NCBI RefSeq assembly: GCF_009557235.1
Contig: NZ_CP045650.1
Span: 90,001-122,000 of the forward strand
From: Acinetobacter wanghuae
Lineage (GTDB): Bacteria > Pseudomonadota > Gammaproteobacteria > Pseudomonadales > Moraxellaceae
DNA: 32,000 nt
Direction: 5' to 3'
The first letter of the stretch is position 1; the number at the start of each line of letters is the position of its first letter. Below are positions 8,581 through 16,657 of the stretch, one piece after another. Below the pieces are notes generated by a model, which did no database searches, was not told where the DNA came from, and saw nothing but the letters and a program-made list of their open reading frames with translations. A program made the translations under genes and the position numbers.

Positions 8581-9740
8581 TTGACACCTCCTTCTACAAC
8601 GGGCTCTGGGATATCTTCAGGGTCATTAGCTGGTGGTGGGGTAGGCTTGTCTGCTACCTTCTTTTTGAGGAAGAGCGGACGCACATATTTTTGATATACA
8701 CCTGCTAAACCATCTGGAAGGAACATCACTACGAAGATGAACAAACCACCGAGTAAGAATAACCATAATTCAGGGAAGGCTTCAGAGAAGTAAGTTTTAC
8801 CAAGGTTTACGAGTACAGCACCGTAAACGGCGCCAATTAGAGATAAACGACCACCGACAGCAGCAAGAATGACCATCTCAATAGAAGGCACAATGCCAAT
8901 AATAGTCGGTGACATAAAGCCGACTTGAAGGGTAAACATCGCGCCACCAATAGAAGACACAACTGCTGCAAAGCAGAAGATGAACACTTTGTACATCGCC
9001 ACGTCATAGCCTGAGAAACGGACGCGTTCTTCTTTATCACGCATTGCAGAAAGGAGACGCCCCAGTTTAGAGCTAAGAACAAAACGGCTGATCATGATCA
9101 CTGCAATTAAGAGCAGGGCATTGATGTAGTAAAGCACGTATTTTGCCTCGTCCGTACGAATGTCCCAGCCATGTAATGTTTTAAGGTCTGTAATCCCGTT
9201 AATACCGCCTGTGAAACCTTGTTGACCAATAATCAAGATGGTGAGAATTGCGACAATGGCTTGCATGATGATTGAGAAGTACACATCACCGACACGGCGG
9301 GTAAACATCGCAAAACCAATAATGAAGGCAAGCAAAATCGGAATAATAATGATGGCAAACAGGGTAAAGCCAAAGCTATGGAAGGGCTCCCATAACATGG
9401 GCAGACTGGTGATTTGGTTCCAGTCCATAAAATCGGGAATACCCGGTGTGGTTTGTGCCGCAGTACTTTGCATGTCTGAAGCTTCGAGCTTTAAGAACAT
9501 GGCCATGCAGTAACCGCCAATGCCAAAGAAGATGCCTTGACCTAAACTTAAGATCCCACCATGCCCCCAGCACAGCACAAGACCAATTGCCACGAAAGCA
9601 AAAGTGAGATATTTACCCATCAAATTGAGACGGAAAATATCTAAAAACATGGGCATTACAAGAAGAATCAGTACAGCAAGAATGGCAAGTCCGATCGCCC
9701 CTTCTTTACCGCCTAAAAATGCGTTTGCTAAATTTTTCAT
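8577..9740 (-). CDS. urtC: urea/amide ABC transporter permease UrtC-like
   Basis: 387 aa, polytopic and LivM-like. Proline-rich C-terminal tail. Position within the urtABCDE order. Confidence 0.85.
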   Translation of the reverse strand: MKNLANAFLGGKEGAIGLAILAVLILLVMPMFLDIFRLNLMGKYLTFAFVAIGLVLCWGHGGILSLGQGIFFGIGGYCMAMFLKLEASDMQSTAAQTTPGIPDFMDWNQITSLPMLWEPFHSFGFTLFAIIIIPILLAFIIGFAMFTRRVGDVYFSIIMQAIVAILTILIIGQQGFTGGINGITDLKTLHGWDIRTDEAKYVLYYINALLLIAVIMISRFVLSSKLGRLLSAMRDKEERVRFSGYDVAMYKVFIFCFAAVVSSIGGAMFTLQVGFMSPTIIGIVPSIEMVILAAVGGRLSLIGAVYGAVLVNLGKTYFSEAFPELWLFLLGGLFIFVVMFLPDGLAGVYQKYVRPLFLKKKVADKPTPPPANDPEDIPEPVVEGGVK

Positions 9741-9757
9741 AATTTCTCTCCTGAATC

Positions 9758-10678
9758 CTATTTACGAACTTTGATTGAGAAGAGACCTTGAGGACGCAGC
9801 ATCAAGATGATGATCACAGTCGCCAAAGTAATGACTTTTGCCACAGAACCGGACAAGAAGAATTCTAAAATCGATTGTGCTTGCGCAATGCTAAATGCTG
9901 AGGCAATTGTACCCAGTAAACTCGCTGCACCGCCAAAGACCACCACAAGGAAGGTATCGACAATATAAAGTGAACCGGCGGTTGGACCTGTAGAACCAAT
10001 CGTGGTAAATGCAGCGCCTGCGATCCCTGCAAGACCACAACCTAGTGCAAAAGTCAGACTATCTACACGTTTGGTGTTGATGCCGACAGCACCACTCATA
10101 AAGCGGTTTTGGTTGGTTGCACGTAGTTGTAGACCCCAACGTGAACGGTAAATCAGGAAATAAACAAAAGCAGTTACAGTTAACGTCACACCGACCAAGA
10201 ATAATCCATTAATTGGAATATCAATGGTTTCTGTGGGTTGATACGAACCCATCAACCAATCTGGCAGGGTCGGGCTGACTTCTTTAGGGCCAAAGACAGA
10301 ACGGAAAAGCTGTTGCATGATGAGACTTAAGCCCCATGTTGCAAGCAGGGTATCAAGTGGTCGTTGATAAAGCCGGCTAATCATCAGCCGTTCGACCATG
10401 TAGCCAATAATGCCTGCGGTAAGAAATGCGGCGATAATCGCAATCAGGAAGTAATAGGGTAAAAGTTGTGGGAAGAAACTTTCAGTTAAGGTTGAAATGA
10501 AAAAAGTGGTATAGGCGCCAATGGTCAGGAATTCACCATGTGCCATGTTAATGACACCCATTTGCCCAAAGATAATTGCAAGGCCGAGTGCCATCAATAA
10601 CAGCACACAGAACACAGAGAGACCATTAAAGCCTTGCATGGCAAAAATTGCACCGAATTCAGCAAATGAAATATCCAT
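9758..10678 (-). CDS. urtB: urea/amide ABC transporter permease UrtB-like
   Basis: Polytopic LivH-like permease. I prefer the ATG at 10678 (MDISFAEF...), which is preceded by GGAGGA, over the TTG at 10693 that opens the tracked ORF. Confidence 0.85.
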   Translation of the reverse strand: MDISFAEFGAIFAMQGFNGLSVFCVLLLMALGLAIIFGQMGVINMAHGEFLTIGAYTTFFISTLTESFFPQLLPYYFLIAIIAAFLTAGIIGYMVERLMISRLYQRPLDTLLATWGLSLIMQQLFRSVFGPKEVSPTLPDWLMGSYQPTETIDIPINGLFLVGVTLTVTAFVYFLIYRSRWGLQLRATNQNRFMSGAVGINTKRVDSLTFALGCGLAGIAGAAFTTIGSTGPTAGSLYIVDTFLVVVFGGAASLLGTIASAFSIAQAQSILEFFLSGSVAKVITLATVIIILMLRPQGLFSIKVRK

Positions 10679-10759
10679 CGCATCATCCTCCAAGCTTTAA
10701 AATTGTGTGGAATAAAAAGATCAGGAGAATGGCTTTCCCCTGATCATGTGGCTGTTAAA

Positions 10760-11998
10760 TTAGTAACCTTTAGGGAATGGGTTTGGTTTGATTAAACCTT
10801 TAGACTCGTAAACGACTTTAAACTGACCGTTGGTTTGTACTTCGGCAATACGTGATTTGCTCCATAAGTGATGGTTCGGGTCGATTTTCACATAGCCTTC
10901 AGGCGCAGTTTTCATCTCTAAACCTTTAGAAGCCGCTGTCACTTTCGCGACATCGAAGCTACCTGCTTTTTCAACCGCAGCTTTCCATAACCATGGACCT
11001 AAGTAAGCCGCTTGCGTTACGTCACCGATCACGGCTTTAGGACCATATTTCGCTTTAAACGCTTTTACGAACGCTTGGTTATTCGGGTTATTCAGGCTTT
11101 GGAAGTACTTCATTGAAGAGTAGAAGCCCTTCATGTTTTCGCCGCCAATACCGAGCAACTCATCTTCAGTGACAGACAATGTAAGCAGAGTTTGTTTGTC
11201 ACCTGTGACACCCGCTGCTTTCATTTGTTTGTAGAAGGATACGTTTGAACCACCCACAACAGCAGCGAAGATTGCATCAGGTTTTTTTAACTTGGTTTTA
11301 TTAATCAGTGAACCGAATTGCGTATGACCTAATGGATAGTATTCTTCACCGACTACTTTACCTTTCAATACTTTTTCGATGTGCGTACGTGCAATTTTCA
11401 TTGTGGTACGTGGCCAAATATAGTCAGAACCAATCAAATAGAAAGTCTTGGCTTTTTTCACTGAAGATAACCAGTTCAGTGCCTCAAGTACCTGTTGAGT
11501 CGCTTCCTGACCTGTATAGATGACATTTTTAGATTGCTCTAAACCCTCATAGAAGGTTGGGTAGTAAAGCAATGAGTTGTTACGCTCAATAATTGGCAAT
11601 ACAGCTTTACGTGATGCAGATGTCCAACAACCAAAGATGGCAGCCACGCGGTCTTTTTCAGAGAGCTTACGTGCCTTTTCTGCAAATGTTGGCCAGTCAG
11701 ATGCACCATCTTCTTGAATGATTTTGATCTGGCGACCGAGGATACCGCCTTGTTTATTAATCTGTTCAATGGCTAAACGTTCTGCTTGAATCGAACCTGT
11801 TTCAGAGATTGCCATGGTGCCTGTTGCTGAGTGCAACTGACCGACGTAAACGAATTTATCGTCTACTTTAAGTTTGGTGGTATTCACTTTAGCGGTTGCA
11901 GGAACACTTGCGTTTGTCAGCATTGGTGCAAGTAAGAATGGAACGGCAAGTACACCTGCAAGTAGCCCTGAGGTTTTTACTTTTGCTTTTAAAGTCAT
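10760..11998 (-). CDS. urtA: periplasmic urea/short-chain amide-binding protein (UrtA / FmdD-like)
   Basis: 412 aa with a signal peptide (LLAGVLAVPFLLAPMLTNASV). Type I periplasmic binding fold of the LivK/AmiC family. First gene of the importer. Confidence 0.85.
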   Translation of the reverse strand: MTLKAKVKTSGLLAGVLAVPFLLAPMLTNASVPATAKVNTTKLKVDDKFVYVGQLHSATGTMAISETGSIQAERLAIEQINKQGGILGRQIKIIQEDGASDWPTFAEKARKLSEKDRVAAIFGCWTSASRKAVLPIIERNNSLLYYPTFYEGLEQSKNVIYTGQEATQQVLEALNWLSSVKKAKTFYLIGSDYIWPRTTMKIARTHIEKVLKGKVVGEEYYPLGHTQFGSLINKTKLKKPDAIFAAVVGGSNVSFYKQMKAAGVTGDKQTLLTLSVTEDELLGIGGENMKGFYSSMKYFQSLNNPNNQAFVKAFKAKYGPKAVIGDVTQAAYLGPWLWKAAVEKAGSFDVAKVTAASKGLEMKTAPEGYVKIDPNHHLWSKSRIAEVQTNGQFKVVYESKGLIKPNPFPKGY

Positions 11999-12095
11999 GC
12001 TTTTTCCCCTGTCGAATCTGAATTGATTGAGCGCATACGCTTTTTAATTGAACTGCGTTTGGTATGGCTTAAGCCTAAGGGGAGTTAAATCATGC

Positions 12096-12121
12096 GCATA
12101 TACGTCACTTTACGTATATGC
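12096..12121. promoter_or_regulatory. perfect 10+10 bp inverted repeat in the urtA / sensor-kinase divergent promoter region (candidate operator)
   Basis: GCATATACGT-cacttt-ACGTATATGC. The core CGTATATG recurs upstream of amiE (6956-6963). A second palindrome, GGCTTAAGCC, lies at 12066-12075. Confidence 0.45.
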
Positions 12122-12206
12122 CTCTGTATAGCCATGCTTTTAGATACTGTTAGGCTGGGCATGGTTTTTGCTTTAAAGAGCAGATATTGATGAATGTTTG
12201 ACTGTC

Positions 12207-15200
12207 ATGCAACCAGATGCCCATTCGAGCCAAGCACCGCAGCGCGTGATTCCAACCCGACGTAAATACAATACGTGGGTGGTCGATGAAAGTATTGAAG
12301 ATTATGCACTTCGCTATGCGCCAAAATCGGTACGCAAATGGTCACTGTGGACAGTCACCAATACTGCCATTGCCGCGGTCAGTTTCCTTGCAATGGAAGC
12401 ATTGGGCGCAACCATGCTTTGGCAATATGGTTTTAGTAATGCATTTTGGGCATTACTGGTGGTATCGCTGATTATTTTTCTGACCAGTTGGCCAATTGCT
12501 TACTATGCCGCACGCTATAACGTGGATATTGATTTACTGACCCGTGGTGCAGGTTTTGGCTACATTGGTTCGTCTATTACATCGGTCATCTATGCCAGTT
12601 TTACCTTTATCTTTTTTGCCTTTGAAGCCGCCATTATGGCTTTGGCATTGGAACTGGGTTTAGGCTTGCCGTTAAGCATTGGTTACTTGGTGTCTTCACT
12701 GATTGTGTTACCACTAGTAGTGAAGGGCATTGGTTTCATCAATAAAGTACAAGCATTCACGCAACCCATTTGGTTATTCTTATTATTATTACCGTGGTGC
12801 TTTGTTTTGGTGAAGCATCCGAGTTTGGTACATGAGCTTGCACTTATAGAGGGCGTAAAATCCAATACTGCATCCTTTAATTTGGCATTTTTTGGTGCAT
12901 CTTGTACCGTTCTATTTGCTTTGATTACCCAAATTGGTGAGCAGGCCGATTATTTACGCTTTTTACCTGATAAAAAAAAGATTAAAAATAAATGGAACCT
13001 TGCCGTCTTCTTAGGTGGACCTGCATGGATTTTGGCAGGCTTTGCTAAGATTTTTATGGGTATGCTGTTGATGGCATTGGCACTCAAGTTTTTTGTGCCG
13101 AATAGCGAATTGACTGATCCAAACTACTTATATTGGATCGCGTTTCAACAGGTTGTGGCTCATCCCGGAGTTGCTTTATTTCTGACGGTACTCTTTGTCT
13201 GTATTGCACAAATTAAAATTAATGTCACCAATGCCTATGCAGGTTCACTCGCATGGTCAAACTTCTTTGCGCGGTTAACCCATAGCCATCCTGGTCGCGT
13301 GGTATGGCTGGTATTTAATGTTTTTATCGCGTTACTGCTCATGGAGCTGGGCGTCATTCATGCTGTAGAACGGGTTTTAGGTTTATATAGTAATGTTGCC
13401 TTGGCTTGGGTGGGGGCGATTGTTGCAGACTTAATCATTTGTAAGCCTTTGGGCTTAAGTCCTAAAGGAATCGAATTTAGACGTGCTTATTTATATGATA
13501 TTAATCCTGTCGGTGTAGGAAGCCTCTTTATTGCATCAAGTTTATCTTTGCTCTGCTACTGGGGGATTTTTGGCGAGATTGCTCAATCATTGGCGGGCTT
13601 TATTGCACTCGGCACTTCCATGCTCTGTGTACCGTTTATCGCCTACATGACCAAAGGCAAATATTATCTTGCGCGCAAAGAAAAACCTGCATTGTCCTGT
13701 GTTGAAACTCAAACCTGTGTGGTCTGTGAGCATGATTATGAAGTGGCGGATATGGCAAGTTGTCCTGCTTATAACAGTCATATTTGTTCGCTCTGCTGCA
13801 CCTTAGAAGCGCGTTGTCATGACTTATGTAAGCCGCATGCGCGTTGGTCATCTCAACTTCGAGTTTTTGCGACATGGTTCTTACCCAAATATTGGGTGCA
13901 ATATATCAATACACGTTTAAGCCTGTATATCTTGCTGTTGTTGGTGTTGGGTATCGTTTTGGCAGTGAGTTTGAGTCTGATTTATTTGCAAGAGCTTTCA
14001 AGTACGGGCTATTCTTTTCAGCAGCAGGATGCCTTACTCACGCTATTCATTAAAATTTATGCGGTTTTATTTTTATTACTCTGCGTCGCTGCATGGTGGC
14101 TCGTGCTCAATGATGAAAGTCGTCGTCAGGCACAGCAGGAAAGTAATACCCAAACCCAGCTGCTGATGGATGAGATTGAAGCGCATAAAATTACCGATCG
14201 TCAATTACAGGATGCGCGCATACAAGCTGAAAAAGCCAATGAAGCTAAAAGTCGTTATGTGATTGGCATTAGTCATGAATTGCGAACGCCGTTGAACAGT
14301 ATTTTGGGATATAGCCAACTCTTACAAAAACAAGAACAACTCTCGGACAAAGGAGAAGCTGCACTAGGAGTGATTAGTCGAAGTGGTCAGCATCTGACTT
14401 CGCTGATTGATGGATTGCTTGATCTAGCGCGAATTGAAACGGGGAAAATTTCTTTAGAAAGTTCCAATATTGATTTTCCAAAATTTCTGAATCAAATCGT
14501 GCATATGTTTGAACCACAATTCATGCAAAAGCAGCTCGATTTTCAGGTCTTCATTAGCAATAAAATTCCACAATATGTACGTACCGATAAAAAGCGCCTT
14601 GAACAAGTGCTGATTAATATTTTAGGCAATGCGCTGAAGTTTACCGTTTCGGGTCGGGTCACTTTTAAAGTCGAGTATCGTTTTCAAACGGCTTATTTTG
14701 AGATTCAGGATACAGGGTGTGGCATTGCAGAAGATGATATCGAACGTATTTTTCAGCCTTTTGAACGTGGTCATAACGTCATACAAGGCAGCTTTGCAGG
14801 CACAGGTTTAGGACTACCGATTGTGAAATTGTTGGTGGATATTTTGGGTGGCGAACTCAAGATGAACAGCCAATTGAAACAAGGTTCAGTCTTTAAAATC
14901 AAACTGTATTTACCATCAAAATCTCTGATTCACCCCATTGCAGATGTCGCATCCAATACCGTGGTTGGCTATAGCGGTCAACGCCGTAAAATTTTAGTCG
15001 TTGATAACGAACTGACGGATCGTGGTCTAGTGCTCAACTTCTTGCAACCTTTAGGCTTTATTTTGGAAGAGGCGGAGTCAGGTTTGGAATGTTTGCGCAA
15101 AGTCCCTGTTTTTCAGCCAGATTTAATATTAATGGATTTGAGTATGCCGATGCTCGGGGGGTGGGAAACGGCAAAATTATTGCGTAAAAACAAAATCACC

Positions 15201-15662
15201 AATGTCCCCATTATTATCATTTCAGCCGATGCCAACGAGCGTATGCAAAACCCTGAAACCGATGTGCTGAATGAAGATTTTTTGGTAAAACCTGTTGATT
15301 TGAATCTGCTGCTCAATAAAGTCGGCGACAAACTTGGCTTAAGTTGGATTCATCAGCATGAAGATGAACATGTGCCTGAAATCTATTTGCCGATCCAGCC
15401 AAATTTTGAGGACATTATCGATCCGATTCAGATTGAGCCCGTACAAAAGCCTAATCCCTTAACACTGAAAGAAGCGATGCAGCAATTGGAACAGCATTTA
15501 AGTATTGGTTATATCCGCGGTGCAAAAGAGCAATTGGCGCAATGTATGCAAGATTTTAGTCAGCATCAGGAACTATGGGCTCAGATTGAACAAGATTTAA
15601 AACAGTTTGATTTTAAGACATCCATTCAGCGTTTGCAGCAGCAAAACAATGCATTGGAATAG
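12207..15662 (+). CDS. hybrid sensor histidine kinase/response regulator with an N-terminal NCS1 (purine-cytosine permease-like) membrane domain
   Basis: The tracked ORF opens at TTG 12198; the first ATG is 12207. About 12 hydrophobic helices carry NCS1-like motifs (DLLTRGAGFGYIGS, ADYLRF, NVTNAYAGSLAWSNF; compare CodB LLARFSFGVKGS, ADFVRF, NDNALYASGLGFANI). A Cys-rich segment follows (aa 501-544, numbered from the tracked ORF at 12198), then 2 more TM helices and a coiled coil. The kinase core is HisKA (ISHELRTPLN, His693) plus an HATPase (DTGCGI, GTGLGL). The receiver domain has LILMDLSMP (Asp980) and a helical tail follows. Confidence 0.88.
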   Translation: MQPDAHSSQAPQRVIPTRRKYNTWVVDESIEDYALRYAPKSVRKWSLWTVTNTAIAAVSFLAMEALGATMLWQYGFSNAFWALLVVSLIIFLTSWPIAYYAARYNVDIDLLTRGAGFGYIGSSITSVIYASFTFIFFAFEAAIMALALELGLGLPLSIGYLVSSLIVLPLVVKGIGFINKVQAFTQPIWLFLLLLPWCFVLVKHPSLVHELALIEGVKSNTASFNLAFFGASCTVLFALITQIGEQADYLRFLPDKKKIKNKWNLAVFLGGPAWILAGFAKIFMGMLLMALALKFFVPNSELTDPNYLYWIAFQQVVAHPGVALFLTVLFVCIAQIKINVTNAYAGSLAWSNFFARLTHSHPGRVVWLVFNVFIALLLMELGVIHAVERVLGLYSNVALAWVGAIVADLIICKPLGLSPKGIEFRRAYLYDINPVGVGSLFIASSLSLLCYWGIFGEIAQSLAGFIALGTSMLCVPFIAYMTKGKYYLARKEKPALSCVETQTCVVCEHDYEVADMASCPAYNSHICSLCCTLEARCHDLCKPHARWSSQLRVFATWFLPKYWVQYINTRLSLYILLLLVLGIVLAVSLSLIYLQELSSTGYSFQQQDALLTLFIKIYAVLFLLLCVAAWWLVLNDESRRQAQQESNTQTQLLMDEIEAHKITDRQLQDARIQAEKANEAKSRYVIGISHELRTPLNSILGYSQLLQKQEQLSDKGEAALGVISRSGQHLTSLIDGLLDLARIETGKISLESSNIDFPKFLNQIVHMFEPQFMQKQLDFQVFISNKIPQYVRTDKKRLEQVLINILGNALKFTVSGRVTFKVEYRFQTAYFEIQDTGCGIAEDDIERIFQPFERGHNVIQGSFAGTGLGLPIVKLLVDILGGELKMNSQLKQGSVFKIKLYLPSKSLIHPIADVASNTVVGYSGQRRKILVVDNELTDRGLVLNFLQPLGFILEEAESGLECLRKVPVFQPDLILMDLSMPMLGGWETAKLLRKNKITNVPIIIISADANERMQNPETDVLNEDFLVKPVDLNLLLNKVGDKLGLSWIHQHEDEHVPEIYLPIQPNFEDIIDPIQIEPVQKPNPLTLKEAMQQLEQHLSIGYIRGAKEQLAQCMQDFSQHQELWAQIEQDLKQFDFKTSIQRLQQQNNALE

Positions 15663-15666
15663 GGGA

Positions 15667-16593
15667 ATGAGCATGTTAGAAAGTATTTTGATTGTTGATG
15701 ATATTCCTGAAAACTTAAGCTTACTGCATGAAAGTTTAGATCAGGCAGGCTATCAGGTTTTAGTCGCAACCAATGGCTTTAGTGCGATTGAAATTGCCCA
15801 TCGCTCGCAACCCGATATGATTTTGCTTGATGGCAGCATGCCTGAGATGGATGGCTTTGAAACCTGTTTGCAGCTTAAATCGAGTCCGATGACCGAGCAT
15901 ATTCCTGTGATCTTCATGACAGGCTTAACGGAAACTGAACACATCTTAAAAGGCTTTCAAGTTGGCGGGGTCGATTATGTCACCAAGCCTTTAAACATTG
16001 ATGAAGTACAAGCGCGCGTCAAAACGCATCTTTTACAAGCGCGTTTAATGCATCAACAAAAACAAATGTTAGATGCAACGGGGAGTGCAATTGTGTCATT
16101 AAACTTAAATGGAGAAATGATTTGGCAAACGCCGGTTGTCAGTGAGCTATTAAAAAGACATGAAATTGATCTCGAACATTTTCAAAAGAGTTTAAATATA
16201 TGGCTACAAGACTTACTAAAACAGCCAGACCAAGCGCATTTCATCCATGGTCAATATGGACATCAACAGCATCAGTTACAGCTCAATTTACTGACGCCCA
16301 TGGACGGCAATCGGGTTTTTAAACATGTTCTGGTTCAACTGAAAGAACAAACCCAAATGCCAAGCGCAGAGGAGATTGCACAAGCATGTCCAACCTTAAC
16401 CCCACGTGAAGCAGAGGTCATGCATTGGGTGACGATGGGTAAAACCAACCGTGATATTGCTGAGATTTTGCAGCTCAGTCCGCGTACAGTGAATAAGCAT
16501 TTAGAGCATGTATTTGAGAAGCTGTTTGTGGAAACGCGTACCGCTGCGGTGTTGCATGTAACGTCGGCTTGTCAGAATCAGGCGGTTGCTTAA
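15667..16593 (+). CDS. response regulator, REC + central domain + LuxR/FixJ-type HTH
   Basis: REC motifs are ILIVDD, MILLDGSMPEMDG and VTKPL. The C-terminal LuxR HTH reads LTPREAEVMHWVTMGKTNRDIAEILQLSPRTVNKHLEHVFEKL. The tracked ORF start (15607) overlaps the kinase. The ATG at 15667 or 15673, just after the kinase stop and AGGGG, is more plausible. Confidence 0.88.
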   Translation: MSMLESILIVDDIPENLSLLHESLDQAGYQVLVATNGFSAIEIAHRSQPDMILLDGSMPEMDGFETCLQLKSSPMTEHIPVIFMTGLTETEHILKGFQVGGVDYVTKPLNIDEVQARVKTHLLQARLMHQQKQMLDATGSAIVSLNLNGEMIWQTPVVSELLKRHEIDLEHFQKSLNIWLQDLLKQPDQAHFIHGQYGHQQHQLQLNLLTPMDGNRVFKHVLVQLKEQTQMPSAEEIAQACPTLTPREAEVMHWVTMGKTNRDIAEILQLSPRTVNKHLEHVFEKLFVETRTAAVLHVTSACQNQAVA

Positions 16594-16600
16594 TTAATTG

Positions 16601-16629
16601 TTAACCCTCTCTACAAAGGAGAGGGTTAA
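16601..16629. terminator. hairpin between the convergent response-regulator and PLD genes
   Basis: TTAACCCTCTC-tacaaag-GAGAGGGTTAA, an 11-bp perfect stem. The U-tract is weak on both sides. Confidence 0.55.
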
Positions 16630-16657
16630 TGGTTTGGAAAAAATTATATTTACAAAT

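Noticed and set aside
15607-15666. Upstream extension of the response-regulator ORF; likewise TTG/GTG or upstream-ATG extensions at 10693, 12198, 20141, 21488, 28027, 28070 and 31518
   Set aside because: The extensions overlap the preceding gene or lack an RBS. Downstream ATGs are preceded by SD-like sequences and give N-termini typical of the families. Start calls remain uncertain by a few codons.
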